DNA of 64,000 bases, taken from a virus. Positions 19,670 through 29,340 of the stretch are shown here, one piece after another. The stretch spans positions 22,813-86,812 of the IMG/VR virus record IMGVR_UViG_3300017788_004205; one strand, 5' to 3'. The translations under genes were made by a program, and so were the position numbers. Position 1 is the stretch's first letter. Every line of letters starts with the position of its first letter. The notes under the pieces were generated by a model. It had not been told where the DNA came from. It saw only the letters and a program-made list of their open reading frames with translations, and did no database searches.

Positions 19670-19864
19670 TTATTGTCCTTCTAAAACGCGTAGACTTCTA
19701 ATAAACATGGAAAGTTCTTCTTCATTCAATTCTGTAATTGAATTAACATTGAATTCTGCTAATCTTTTAAGATAGTTCTTTGCAGATTGTTCTCTTAGAG
19801 CTTGTTCATCGTTTTGGATGATTCTTGAACGTACTTGTTCAGTTGTTTCTGTAAATGTTTTCAT
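19670..19864 (-). CDS. Small late protein with a CTS-like start (possible prohead core or internal protein)
   Basis: Starts MKTFTE (compare T4 IPI MKTFKEF); GATATATA at 19889-19896 on the minus strand. Confidence 0.6.
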   Translation of the reverse strand: MKTFTETTEQVRSRIIQNDEQALREQSAKNYLKRLAEFNVNSITELNEEELSMFIRSLRVLEGQ

Positions 19865-19888
19865 AGTGGATTACATTTTAATTTTAAC

Positions 19889-19896
19889 TATATATC
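19889..19896 (-). promoter_or_regulatory. GATATATA candidate late promoter
   Basis: 32 nt upstream of the minus-strand ATG at 19864. Confidence 0.65.
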
Positions 19897-19907
19897 ACAA
19901 AATGAAT

Positions 19908-20291
19908 TTATGATTTCCTATTTTGTTGATTTTCAATCTCTTTATTTAAATTTTCATAAGTTGTAAAGAGTCTTTTCCACTCTTCTCTTATTACTTTTTT
20001 TACAAATTCCGCCAAAGTTTCTCTTACTGCGAGGTTATTTGAGAGAATTGCTCTTAAAAGAAGACTTTGATTTGCAAAATCAAGTGTATCTTCATCTAAT
20101 ATAATAGACTTCTTTTTAGGCTTTTTTACTTCTTTTTTTTCTTGCGCTAACTGCTCATCATATGAAGCATTCAGCCTTTCTGCTACCTGTTTGAAGACTT
20201 CTTCTTCTTCTTTGTTTAAGATAGTTTCTTCTATTTCCTTGAAAATCTTTTGTGTGAAACCTTTTTTAAGTCTTATACCTGCTTGACTCAT
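19908..20291 (-). CDS. Hypothetical protein
   Basis: 127-aa helical, charged ORF. Confidence 0.6.
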   Translation of the reverse strand: MSQAGIRLKKGFTQKIFKEIEETILNKEEEEVFKQVAERLNASYDEQLAQEKKEVKKPKKKSIILDEDTLDFANQSLLLRAILSNNLAVRETLAEFVKKVIREEWKRLFTTYENLNKEIENQQNRKS

Positions 20292-20334
20292 TTTTTTAAG
20301 TTTATTTTTGATAAAATAACTGAATTATCAGTTT

Positions 20335-20363
20335 TTGAACTTAGTTTTTTTTATGACTATAAT
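20335..20363 (+). promoter_or_regulatory. Sigma70-like promoter TTGAAC-N17-TATAAT
   Basis: Exact 17-nt spacer, upstream of the gp4-like gene. Confidence 0.65.
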
Positions 20364-20429
20364 GTATATGTTAAATAAGTAATTTAATTGTACCAATATA
20401 TATTCAAAAATTAATTTTTGTTCTAATAA

Positions 20430-20921
20430 ATGAAAGATATTAAAAAATTAAAACCTAATAATAATGGCCCATTTAGACAAGGTTATTATAAGGTAAATAA
20501 TCCTCAAAAATATGCAGGAGACCCAAGAGTTGTTATTTATCGTTCTTCTTGGGAAAGAAAATTCATGATTTTATGTGATTTAAGTCCCCAAATAGTTAGA
20601 TGGGGCTCTGAGCCTGTTCAAATAAAGTATTTAAGCCCTATTGACAATAAAATGCACAATTACAATGTAGATTTCTTTATAGAAGTCCTTGATAATGAAG
20701 GAAAAAGGATGAAATACATTGTTGAGATAAAACCAAGTTCTCAAATTTCAAGAGAACCTATTTTAGAAGGCAAAGTAACTGAAAAGAAGCTTCAAAGACA
20801 TGCTGAATTAACAAAAATGTATCATGTCAATAAAGCAAAGCAAATAGCGGCTATGAAATGGGCATTAGATAGAAACATGAAATATGTTGTCCTAACAGAA
20901 GAAAATTGGCCGTTTAAATAA
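20430..20921 (+). CDS. T4 gp4-like head completion nuclease (TnsA-like)
   Basis: NPQKYAGD..YRSSWERKFM..WGSE..Y.VDF..VEIKP. Confidence 0.88.
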   Translation: MKDIKKLKPNNNGPFRQGYYKVNNPQKYAGDPRVVIYRSSWERKFMILCDLSPQIVRWGSEPVQIKYLSPIDNKMHNYNVDFFIEVLDNEGKRMKYIVEIKPSSQISREPILEGKVTEKKLQRHAELTKMYHVNKAKQIAAMKWALDRNMKYVVLTEENWPFK

Positions 20922-20937
20922 ATTTTGGTAAAATTTT

Positions 20938-21561
20938 ATGTTTCAAACCATTACAGAAGCGGTCGATACCTTAAAAAAAGGATATAAAGAAGCAAGAGAA
21001 GTCTTAGGCGAAGAAGTGCAAGAGTGGTTTAGGCAAAAGTATCTTTTGCAAAAGCAACCAATAGAAGATAAACTTTACACAGTTCCAAGTTTAATTCCAA
21101 GAGGAAAGATTTATTTTGGAGTCTATGATTTCAAAGGAAAGTCTGAGAAGGGCTTTTATGATGTATTTCCACTTGTATTTCATATAAGCACAGCTCCTTA
21201 TAAAAATATTGATTTTAGGCTTGGAGGTCTAAATTTGAATTATTATGATAATATCAAGAGAGCTGTCTTTATAGATGCTATTTCGACCTTTTTTCAAAAC
21301 TACATAGAAGAAAATAAGAAGCGTTTAGAAGTCAAAGATTTAACTCAATATTCAGTTGAAGGAATGAATGAATTTTTAAACGGATATATAGGAGAACTGG
21401 GTTTTAGATACAGAAAAAATAGAGAATCATACATCTGGTCTCAATTCAGACCTTCTACTGTTTTACCGATAGATTATGAAGATTGGAAGTGGTTACCTCT
21501 TTTAACTCCAACGGGAGTTTCTGGTCAAACTCTATCGAAAATACAATCAAGTAGTTACTAA
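20938..21561 (+). CDS. T4 gp2-like DNA end protector
   Basis: GKIYFGVYD, FYDVFPLVF, GLNLNY, IDYEDW..LP; adjacent to gp4. Confidence 0.7.
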   Translation: MFQTITEAVDTLKKGYKEAREVLGEEVQEWFRQKYLLQKQPIEDKLYTVPSLIPRGKIYFGVYDFKGKSEKGFYDVFPLVFHISTAPYKNIDFRLGGLNLNYYDNIKRAVFIDAISTFFQNYIEENKKRLEVKDLTQYSVEGMNEFLNGYIGELGFRYRKNRESYIWSQFRPSTVLPIDYEDWKWLPLLTPTGVSGQTLSKIQSSSY

Positions 21562-21578
21562 TTATACAAGATAATATT

Positions 21579-23228
21579 ATGGCAGGATTTGTATCAAAAG
21601 AATCAAATAGAACATACGGTTTCACATCTGGAACCGCAGATAGTGTTCGTAAACTCTCTTCATTCGGGATGTATTATGACGATTTGATTATCCAAAGGCG
21701 ACAAGCGGCTGGTGAAACAGAAACAAATATGGGCGGTTCTGGTGCAATCGGTCATTCTGTTTATGGTGGATATGGTTCTGCTCAATGGGACCAAAGACTT
21801 CTTGCGGCTATGGCTATGCAAGATATTGGAGGCATAAAGGCATTAGCCATCTACGACTCTAATTATGTTTCAAAAAGAGATTTCCTCCGTTCATTTTCTT
21901 TGAATGATGAGATTGTTGAGATTTTAGATACTATTGCTGATGAAGCTATTGTATATGACGATAAAAATTGGTTTTGTTATCCAGATACAAGAGGTTTGGA
22001 GAGTGTTTTAAGTGACAGTAAAAAAGAAGAAGTAGTTGATGCAATCCACGAAGAGTTTAAGAAGCTCTATGTGAAATTTGGATTTAACAATAACACAAAA
22101 GCTTGGAACCTTTTTAGACAGTATCTTATAGATGGTTTCTTGGCTTTTGAAATTGTAACTGATGAAGAAGGCGAAGATGTTATAGCCTTGAATAAATTAG
22201 ACCCATCTACTGTTGAATTATCAACAATCTTAGGTGAAGATGGCCAAGAGTATGTTGTTTGGTTGCAAAAAGTTGGAAATGATAATGAACAAAGGATTAT
22301 TTATGATTCTTCTTTGATTTATATAGCATATGCTCAAAATCTTCAAATGGATAGGGTTTCTTATGTAGAAAGACTTGTGAGACCTCTTAATCTTTTGAGA
22401 TTGATTGAAAATTCAAAGGTGATGTGGCATATCATGTATGCTCAATTTAGAATGAAAATGACTATTCCTATTGGAAGCAACTCTCCTCAAAAAGCAAAAC
22501 AAGAATTATCAGAAATCTTAAATCATTATAAAGAAGAAATATTCTTTAATGATGCAGATGGTACTCTTAGCATTAATGGTCGTCCTTCTATCCCATTCTT
22601 CAAGCATTTCATGTTTCCATCAAAAGATGGCAACTCTCCAAATGTTGAGGTAATTGGTGGTCAAGGTGGGCCTGATTTGTCAAATCCAGACTTTCTTAAA
22701 TATTTTGAGATGAAATTAAGAAGAGCATCTAAAATTCCTATGTCAAGATTCGGTGAGGGTGGGGGAACATTCTCTACTGCGGCAGAAGGAATCCAAAGAG
22801 ATGAAGTTCGTTTTTCTAATTTCGTTAATAGATTGCGTTCTGGATTCCAAGAAATCATGCTAAAACCTTTGGTTTTACAGATTATTATGAAATATCCTGA
22901 ATTTCAAGGAGACCATCTTTTTAAGTCAAGCATAGGTATAAAGTTCAATAGAGACAATAGTTTTGAGACAGCAAGAAAAGTTGAGGTTATGAAAAACCGA
23001 GTTGATACTATAACTTCTTTATTGGGAGTTCCAAAAACAAAGGATGATTCTTACTTTGACCTTGATTTTGCTATGGAAAACTTCATGAACATGACTCGTG
23101 ATGAACTAAAAGAAAACAAGTCAATGCTCAAAGAAAAGGAAAAGAAATCGGGCGACCAACCAGGTGACCAACCTGTTGATACGGAAGAAGGCGGAGGAGA
23201 AGCATCAACAGAAGCACCAGCTCTATAA
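21579..23228 (+). CDS. Portal vertex protein (T4 gp20-like)
   Basis: ILDTIADEAIV, FRQYLIDG, SYVERLVRPLNLLRLIE, LRRASKIPMSR, IQRDEVRFSNFVNRLRSGF. Confidence 0.92.
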   Translation: MAGFVSKESNRTYGFTSGTADSVRKLSSFGMYYDDLIIQRRQAAGETETNMGGSGAIGHSVYGGYGSAQWDQRLLAAMAMQDIGGIKALAIYDSNYVSKRDFLRSFSLNDEIVEILDTIADEAIVYDDKNWFCYPDTRGLESVLSDSKKEEVVDAIHEEFKKLYVKFGFNNNTKAWNLFRQYLIDGFLAFEIVTDEEGEDVIALNKLDPSTVELSTILGEDGQEYVVWLQKVGNDNEQRIIYDSSLIYIAYAQNLQMDRVSYVERLVRPLNLLRLIENSKVMWHIMYAQFRMKMTIPIGSNSPQKAKQELSEILNHYKEEIFFNDADGTLSINGRPSIPFFKHFMFPSKDGNSPNVEVIGGQGGPDLSNPDFLKYFEMKLRRASKIPMSRFGEGGGTFSTAAEGIQRDEVRFSNFVNRLRSGFQEIMLKPLVLQIIMKYPEFQGDHLFKSSIGIKFNRDNSFETARKVEVMKNRVDTITSLLGVPKTKDDSYFDLDFAMENFMNMTRDELKENKSMLKEKEKKSGDQPGDQPVDTEEGGGEASTEAPAL

Positions 23229-23267
23229 AATTAACCCGAGGATTAAACAATAATCTTCGGGTTAATT
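23229..23267 (+). terminator. 17-bp stem-loop after the portal gene (terminator or processing site)
   Basis: AATTAACCCGAGGATTA-AACAA-TAATCTTCGGGTTAATT with one G-U pair; weak U-tail. Confidence 0.6.
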
Positions 23268-23298
23268 CATAATACTCTATTTTACAGGGCTTATGCTT

Positions 23299-23306
23299 GA
23301 TATATA
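23299..23306 (+). promoter_or_regulatory. GATATATA candidate late promoter heading the cargo cassette
   Basis: 41 nt upstream of ATG 23340. Confidence 0.7.
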
Positions 23307-23339
23307 GAGATAGTTACAAAACATAAAAAATAATATTTT

Positions 23340-23804
23340 ATGAAAATCTTCGAGGAATACAAAAAAGACAAAGTGCATGAAGCCAAAGTATATGCTGGCG
23401 AACCTTTAAAAGAGGACATGGAAACTATCAAAAAGCATATAAATTCAGTCATTTTGAAGCCTTATAAGGTAAAAGCAGAGATATTTTCACTGCATAGAGA
23501 TTTTGGCGATTCTCAAACATTCATATCTAATCCCATAAGTGGAGCAGGTTTAGGTATATTCGGCCCAGCTATTGAGTATGTTCAATTAAATTTGGTTGTA
23601 TCCAATCTGCCAAATAAATCAAATGCAAAAGAAATTGAGTTTTTGATTCGCTATACAACAAAAAGCAATTTGAATAACTCATTCCCAAGCGGTAAATATA
23701 TTTTACAGGATGGGGTTATACAATTTGTAAGTTCAGAGGAAAACAAGCCTATTGAAGAAGTGGGTGAATCTAAATTTGCGGTTTCAAGCCACGATGAAAT
23801 ATAA
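23340..23804 (+). CDS. Putative internal head protein (CTS-like start)
   Basis: MKIFEEYKKDKVHEA. Confidence 0.6.
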   Translation: MKIFEEYKKDKVHEAKVYAGEPLKEDMETIKKHINSVILKPYKVKAEIFSLHRDFGDSQTFISNPISGAGLGIFGPAIEYVQLNLVVSNLPNKSNAKEIEFLIRYTTKSNLNNSFPSGKYILQDGVIQFVSSEENKPIEEVGESKFAVSSHDEI

Positions 23805-23816
23805 TTTTTTTATAAA

Positions 23817-26135
23817 ATGAGATATTCTAACATACACGAATCATTTTTTGACTTTTTGAGATTTGTATCAGACGATGAAGAAAAGAGAATCATCCAAAGA
23901 GTGGATGAATACTTAAATAACAATCCTGATTTTACTTATGATATGGAGTTCAATCTTCCAGGTCTTTGTCCAATAGAAAGAATTGCACAATCATTAGTAA
24001 TCAATGAAGGAAAGCTTAGAAAGGTTTTGAAGAATGTAGCTAAAAAAACAAATAGTATAGGCATAGCATCAGTTAGTTCAAAAGTATGGTCTGGTGATGT
24101 TCTTATATCTCTTAGTTTAGATGGTAACTTTAAGTTGAAAGGAAGTTCTTATAAGAGAAGTGTAGTAAGAGAATCATCAAATGATTCAATTTCTGATTCA
24201 GGTGCTTATTTGAATGAATCATTTCTTTCGGCTCTTAAAAAAACTTTTGGATTTGGGACTTCAATAGATAAAGAAGAATTAGATAATGCGGCATTGGAAG
24301 TTGTAAAATTTCTTTATGATAGACCAGTTTATGACTATCATAAGAAAAGTGCTACTCCTGGGTTGATTTTCCTTTCTTTATTGTCTGAGGATAAATATAC
24401 AAGTATTCCTTTCAAAACATTAGAGGAACTATTCAAATCAGATGTTTTAGATAACTGTGAAGTTATTAAGTTCAAATATAAAGATATCGAAGGCCCTCTT
24501 GTGGTATTTGGAAAGCCAGAACTAAGTAGAAAAGAATACCTTGTAGAGCACACAGCAGATTTCACAGAAATGCTTCTCATAAAAGAAATTCAAAGAAAAC
24601 TTATAGAAAAAGGGTTCTTAAATGATTATAATGATGACTTTAGAAGAAGAAAAAGTTCAATATCAGGAGAACTCAGTAAAGCTACTATAACAGCTATATT
24701 GAATTTCCAAGATAAGTATAAAATTCCAACCGTAAGAAGAGGTGATATAAATATAGAGACGCTTCGTAAACTTGGGGTTAACCTTTCATTCTTGGGTATT
24801 GACTTAAATATAAGTGAAACACCATTAATTGAAAAGTTGAAAAAAGAAGCAGAGTCTATCGGTCTTTCTCTTGCATCAAAAACATCAAGTCAACCAAAAA
24901 TCACATCAATTGATGCTCCAATCTATACAGAAGATGGTTCCGATGATTATGATGATTCTTATTCTGAATACTCTTCACCAGAAGAAGTTCAGACTTCATC
25001 GGTTGATGATGAAACACAACAACCAACTCAAAGAATAATACAAACTGCATCACAACAATCAACTGGAGGTCAAACTCCGCAATTTACTGTTGGTGGAATT
25101 GCAGAAAGTGGAGTGATTGTAGATAGATTATTGAACGAATGGGATATTGTTAAAAGTTATGTTGATTCTGTTCAGAACATGAATATAAAAACTGAAACTT
25201 CTATGTTATTGATGTCAGCTATTGGAGATAATTCTAAACTATCTGAATCAACTAAAAAAGAAGTTCTCTCAAAAGTTCTTTATTTCATGTTACAAGGTAA
25301 GGGGGGTTTCTTCCAAAATGTGGGAGGATTTGATAAGTTTCAAGGTGATTTGAATTCTTTGGTAAGAATAGATTGGATAGGACTTAGAAGTAAATTAATT
25401 TCCTATATCAATAATCCAGAAAATGTCGCAAAGGATAAAACACAAGGAAAAGAAATTTCAGATTCGTTAAAAGTAGAGCTTCAAGCTATTCTTTCTAATT
25501 ATGGTATAACTCCTACATCATCATTTTCAAGTTTCACTTCTTTTGCAAAAAGAAAGGAAGAAATGGGTTCTACTACAACCCCTTTTGTGAATCCAGATTT
25601 AGATGACGATGACGATGATGATGAAATAGAAATTTCTACAGATATTGCTCCTGAGCCTCCTGTTGTTCCTTCTCAAAAAATAGAAAATGAATCTGACCCA
25701 CGACAAGATAAGATAAAGGTAGATTTTATCGTATCTAAATTGATGGATAAAAATATGTTTGATTTCTATAATTCATTGACTAAAGAAATAAAAAATAAAG
25801 AGAAGATAAAATCTAAAGGAATGGCTCCTACTCTAAGACTTGCTATAAATAAGATATTTGGAGAGCAATCGAAATTAGAATCTATCCAGAAAGAATCTAT
25901 TATTTCTGAGTTGTTAGATATGTTACTTAAAAATGATAGTCTTTTCTCCAAAAATATGGGAAAGGCTCCTTTCATAAAGAAATTCTTCACTACAAATGAA
26001 CTTGATAAGTTTAATCAAGTTGATTATAAGAATCTCAGCTCAACTTTGATAGATTTTATTCTTTTCTCCGAAATAGAAGTAGCGAATGAAATCACAGCTA
26101 AACTAAACAGTTTATATGCTAAATATAGTAGTTAA
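23817..26135 (+). CDS. Large putative internal virion protein with a PG-binding-like domain and a duplicated helical domain
   Basis: IKEIQRKLIEKGF..SGELSKATITAILNFQ..GDINIETLRKLG (PG_binding_1-like); many [LIV]xE motifs; acidic linkers. Confidence 0.6.
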   Translation: MRYSNIHESFFDFLRFVSDDEEKRIIQRVDEYLNNNPDFTYDMEFNLPGLCPIERIAQSLVINEGKLRKVLKNVAKKTNSIGIASVSSKVWSGDVLISLSLDGNFKLKGSSYKRSVVRESSNDSISDSGAYLNESFLSALKKTFGFGTSIDKEELDNAALEVVKFLYDRPVYDYHKKSATPGLIFLSLLSEDKYTSIPFKTLEELFKSDVLDNCEVIKFKYKDIEGPLVVFGKPELSRKEYLVEHTADFTEMLLIKEIQRKLIEKGFLNDYNDDFRRRKSSISGELSKATITAILNFQDKYKIPTVRRGDINIETLRKLGVNLSFLGIDLNISETPLIEKLKKEAESIGLSLASKTSSQPKITSIDAPIYTEDGSDDYDDSYSEYSSPEEVQTSSVDDETQQPTQRIIQTASQQSTGGQTPQFTVGGIAESGVIVDRLLNEWDIVKSYVDSVQNMNIKTETSMLLMSAIGDNSKLSESTKKEVLSKVLYFMLQGKGGFFQNVGGFDKFQGDLNSLVRIDWIGLRSKLISYINNPENVAKDKTQGKEISDSLKVELQAILSNYGITPTSSFSSFTSFAKRKEEMGSTTTPFVNPDLDDDDDDDEIEISTDIAPEPPVVPSQKIENESDPRQDKIKVDFIVSKLMDKNMFDFYNSLTKEIKNKEKIKSKGMAPTLRLAINKIFGEQSKLESIQKESIISELLDMLLKNDSLFSKNMGKAPFIKKFFTTNELDKFNQVDYKNLSSTLIDFILFSEIEVANEITAKLNSLYAKYSS

Positions 26136-27069
26136 AAAACCAAGAGATGTAGTTGATTATATTAGAAATGCTTCTACTGTAAAGGAACGTTCTGATATTA
26201 TTAAATATGTTAGTTCTAATTTTTTATCATACAAGACAGCAAGCGGAGAAATTCCGTTGAAGCTCGGGGATAAGAATCAAGATATTCAAGTTATCCAAAG
26301 TATTCTTGTAGGTTTGAATTTCTTAAAAGAAGAAGATTTAACAGGAGTTCTTGATGCTACTACAATGAAAGCTATAAAAAGATTGGGTTCACAATTCAAA
26401 ATAGCTGTTGATGTTAATGCGCCTTTATCGAAGTCTATAATAGATTTATTTCTTAGGATGGAATATGGTCAGGATTACACACCTGGCATGAAAGATATTC
26501 CAAAAGAAGCATATGCTGATAAATATAATTGGCCATCGAGACCAAGTGGACATAATCCACTTAAATACTCAGAAATTCAAAATATATTTGGAAAGATTGA
26601 ATATGTTCCAACACATGGAAGATATATCAAGATAACAAATAACTTTATAAATGATAATATCATAAGTATAGAGATACCACAATTAGCTAAGATTGCAAAT
26701 CCAAGAGGAACCAAAGTTAAATGTCATAGATTGATTGCAAATCAACTTAAAGCTCTTTGGGAGACTTGGGAAAAGGTTGGTCTTTTGAATAGAGTTAAAA
26801 CATATAATGGTCTTTTTGTCCAAAGATTTATGACTGGTACAAATAATACAAAATTAAGCTATCATTCATACGGAATCGCATTTGATATAAATGCTGGAAC
26901 AAATGGATATGGAGTAAATCCACCTGCTATTGGAGAAAAAGGTTCACTTAGAGAGCTTGTTCCTTATGCTATGGATTTAGGCTTTTTCTGGGGTGGTCAT
27001 TTTAGAGGAAATAAAGATGGTATGCATTTCGAAGTATGCAAAATATTGAATCCAAATATTGTTGTTTAA
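26116..27069 (+). CDS. PG-binding domain + M15 (M15C-like) peptidoglycan peptidase
   Basis: LKLGDKNQDIQVIQ; R..LSYHSYGIAFDIN; FWGGHF..KDGMHFE. Confidence 0.85.
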   Translation: MLNIVVKKPRDVVDYIRNASTVKERSDIIKYVSSNFLSYKTASGEIPLKLGDKNQDIQVIQSILVGLNFLKEEDLTGVLDATTMKAIKRLGSQFKIAVDVNAPLSKSIIDLFLRMEYGQDYTPGMKDIPKEAYADKYNWPSRPSGHNPLKYSEIQNIFGKIEYVPTHGRYIKITNNFINDNIISIEIPQLAKIANPRGTKVKCHRLIANQLKALWETWEKVGLLNRVKTYNGLFVQRFMTGTNNTKLSYHSYGIAFDINAGTNGYGVNPPAIGEKGSLRELVPYAMDLGFFWGGHFRGNKDGMHFEVCKILNPNIVV

Positions 27070-27073
27070 TTTT

Positions 27074-28051
27074 ATGGAAAATAGAAGAATACTTACATAT
27101 GACAAATTCAATTTAAATGAAGTTCTAATAACAGGGCCAGAACAAGCTATTTCTATTATTTCCGCTGAGTCTGATAAGAGTGCTAAAAAGAGAATAATAA
27201 AAGAAATAGCGCAAGAATATTTCTCAGATGATTTGATTTTTGGTAGAACCCAACTTTCTTTGAATTCTCAAAGCCAAGATGTTTCTGTTTTACAAACAAT
27301 ACTTAAATCTCTCGGGTATTTGAAAAAGCATATAGTAGATGCGAAGATAGACCAAGAAACAATGATTGCAGTCCAATCGTTTGCAAAAGGTTTCGGGATT
27401 TCAGTTGATGTAAATCAGCCAATACCAGCTGATGTTATTAGAATACTAACAGAATTTGATTCTGCAAAGTATGATGAGATAGAAGCAAAAGAAACTCCTA
27501 AAAAAGAAATACAACAACCCTCGACTCCAACAACACTTTCTATCGTTATGCCACAATCTTCTGTTAATAGAGGAGAAGGTGCTAACTATGGTGTTAATTT
27601 TCCAGACCAAAAATATGAGAATAAATATAAATTCTCCATTCAGTATAGTAAAGCAAAAGATGGTGAAAAAAATGTTTCTCCAAATTTTAAGGTAAAAGAT
27701 TTTGCCTGTAAAGATGGCTCCGATGTTATACTTATAAACCCTTATTTAATTGAGCTTCTTGAAAAAATAAGAGCTCATTTTGGAAAGTCTTTGAACATAA
27801 ATTCTGGATATAGAACCCCTCCATATAATAGAAAAATAGGAGGCGCTGGTATTTCTCAGCATATGTTTGGAAATGCAGCTGATTTTAGGATAGATGGAGT
27901 AACCCCTCTTCAAATATGTACATGGTTAAATACTTTTCATACAGGAGGCATAGGTCTTTATGTCACAAAAAACTTTACTCATGTAGATGTTAGAAATGTT
28001 ATTGGAACTGAAAAAGCCACATGGTCTAAACCGAAGAGCGTAAAGTTTTAA
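27074..28051 (+). CDS. PG-binding domain + M15A-like peptidase; CTS-like start
   Basis: MENRRILTYDKFNLNE; LSLNSQSQDVSVLQ; FKVKDFACKDG; INSGYR; SQHMFGNAADF; FTHVDVR. Confidence 0.85.
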   Translation: MENRRILTYDKFNLNEVLITGPEQAISIISAESDKSAKKRIIKEIAQEYFSDDLIFGRTQLSLNSQSQDVSVLQTILKSLGYLKKHIVDAKIDQETMIAVQSFAKGFGISVDVNQPIPADVIRILTEFDSAKYDEIEAKETPKKEIQQPSTPTTLSIVMPQSSVNRGEGANYGVNFPDQKYENKYKFSIQYSKAKDGEKNVSPNFKVKDFACKDGSDVILINPYLIELLEKIRAHFGKSLNINSGYRTPPYNRKIGGAGISQHMFGNAADFRIDGVTPLQICTWLNTFHTGGIGLYVTKNFTHVDVRNVIGTEKATWSKPKSVKF

Positions 28052-28068
28052 TAAACAAATAATAATAA

Positions 28069-28076
28069 GATATATA
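28069..28076 (+). promoter_or_regulatory. GATATATA candidate late promoter
   Basis: Overlaps the track ATG; 34 nt upstream of TTG 28103, which has AAAGGA upstream. Confidence 0.6.
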
Positions 28077-28102
28077 TGATACATAACATAAAAGGAAATA
28101 CA

Positions 28103-29329
28103 TTGAATACAGTAGACCCTATACTTTCTTTTAGAGACTTTATTACTTCCCAGAAGAGTCCGATTGGTCATTCTCATACTCTTATTGCAAATGAGTATAT
28201 TCCAGTTGCTGAATCACTTTTAGAAAGTACCTTTATTCAATTGAATGAGGCACAAAAATGTATCTTAGAATTCATAAAAGAAAACAAATTGAACCCTGAA
28301 AAGTGGATTTTGCTAAACGAAGATGATTATTACCAACGAGTTCAAGATTGGTTTAGTGAGAACTTTTTTAATCCTACTGAAAAGATTATCAGTGGAGCTA
28401 TTGAGTGGGTTAAAATATATGGTTCAAATTTGACAAATGCTGTTAGCGCTGTTGTTTCTAAATTTATGGAAAGCGTAAAAAATATTTGGGAAACAGTAAA
28501 AATAGATACAAACTCATGGTATCTTGGAAATAAATCTCTCAAAAGACAAGTTACAATGAGTATAAATCAGCAGTTCGGTGCAGTTGGTGAGTCATTAAAT
28601 GAAAACTCTGAGGATTTTATATCGGAACTAACAAAAGAATCAAGTCAGCTTAACAATATGTTTGTAGAATCTGTTAAGAACATAGTAGAAGGAGAGTCTT
28701 TTGCTTCAAAGGTAACCATGTCTATAAATAAAATGCTGAATGAATCTAATAGCTATAATTATTCTTTTAATTCATCTTTGAATGGTACAATTTCAGAACT
28801 TTTACCTAATGCTATAAAAGAAGGTGTTTTGAATGTAGAGCAATTTCCAATAGCATCTAAAAAAGGAAATATTAAAAGATTTGATGAGCATAATTCTGTT
28901 AATGAAGCATTTGAATTTATTGATAACTTTTTTAACTGGTGTGTATCAAAACTTGAAGTGCTTCCTCCATTTAGTTGGTTGAAAGAATGGATGAATGAAT
29001 TGGAAATTAAAAATAACTTAAACCAAACTCTTGAAGGTGCAAGTGCTTTTTTAACAAAATACTTTGGCATCCCAGGCCCTTATCAGTTTGAGAAATTAGA
29101 CCCAATTTATTCTGTTATAATCACAGGATTGATAGACTTTGGTAAATATCAATTAGTCAATAAAGTTCTAACTGCCATTTTACCGTTTATACCTATTGTT
29201 GGGCCTATTCTTTCGTTTATGCTTACTATTTATGGCTTCTTCATATTAGCTCAAATTATTTTTGAGCTTATTGAAAGTTTTAATGGTGGTGGAGATGAAA
29301 CTTCAACTGAACCTCAACCTACAAATTAA
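28103..29329 (+). CDS. Putative internal virion protein with C-terminal transmembrane helices
   Basis: CTS-like ILSFRDFI; many LNE/VES/LLE motifs; hydrophobic ILPFIPIVGPILSFMLTIYGFFILAQIIF. Confidence 0.65.
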   Translation: MNTVDPILSFRDFITSQKSPIGHSHTLIANEYIPVAESLLESTFIQLNEAQKCILEFIKENKLNPEKWILLNEDDYYQRVQDWFSENFFNPTEKIISGAIEWVKIYGSNLTNAVSAVVSKFMESVKNIWETVKIDTNSWYLGNKSLKRQVTMSINQQFGAVGESLNENSEDFISELTKESSQLNNMFVESVKNIVEGESFASKVTMSINKMLNESNSYNYSFNSSLNGTISELLPNAIKEGVLNVEQFPIASKKGNIKRFDEHNSVNEAFEFIDNFFNWCVSKLEVLPPFSWLKEWMNELEIKNNLNQTLEGASAFLTKYFGIPGPYQFEKLDPIYSVIITGLIDFGKYQLVNKVLTAILPFIPIVGPILSFMLTIYGFFILAQIIFELIESFNGGGDETSTEPQPTN

Positions 29330-29340
29330 TATTTTGATGT

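Noticed and set aside
20430-20921. TnsA-like nuclease as evidence of a transposon
   Set aside because: It fits T4 gp4 in a gp4-gp2-portal context; no transposase partners or terminal repeats seen
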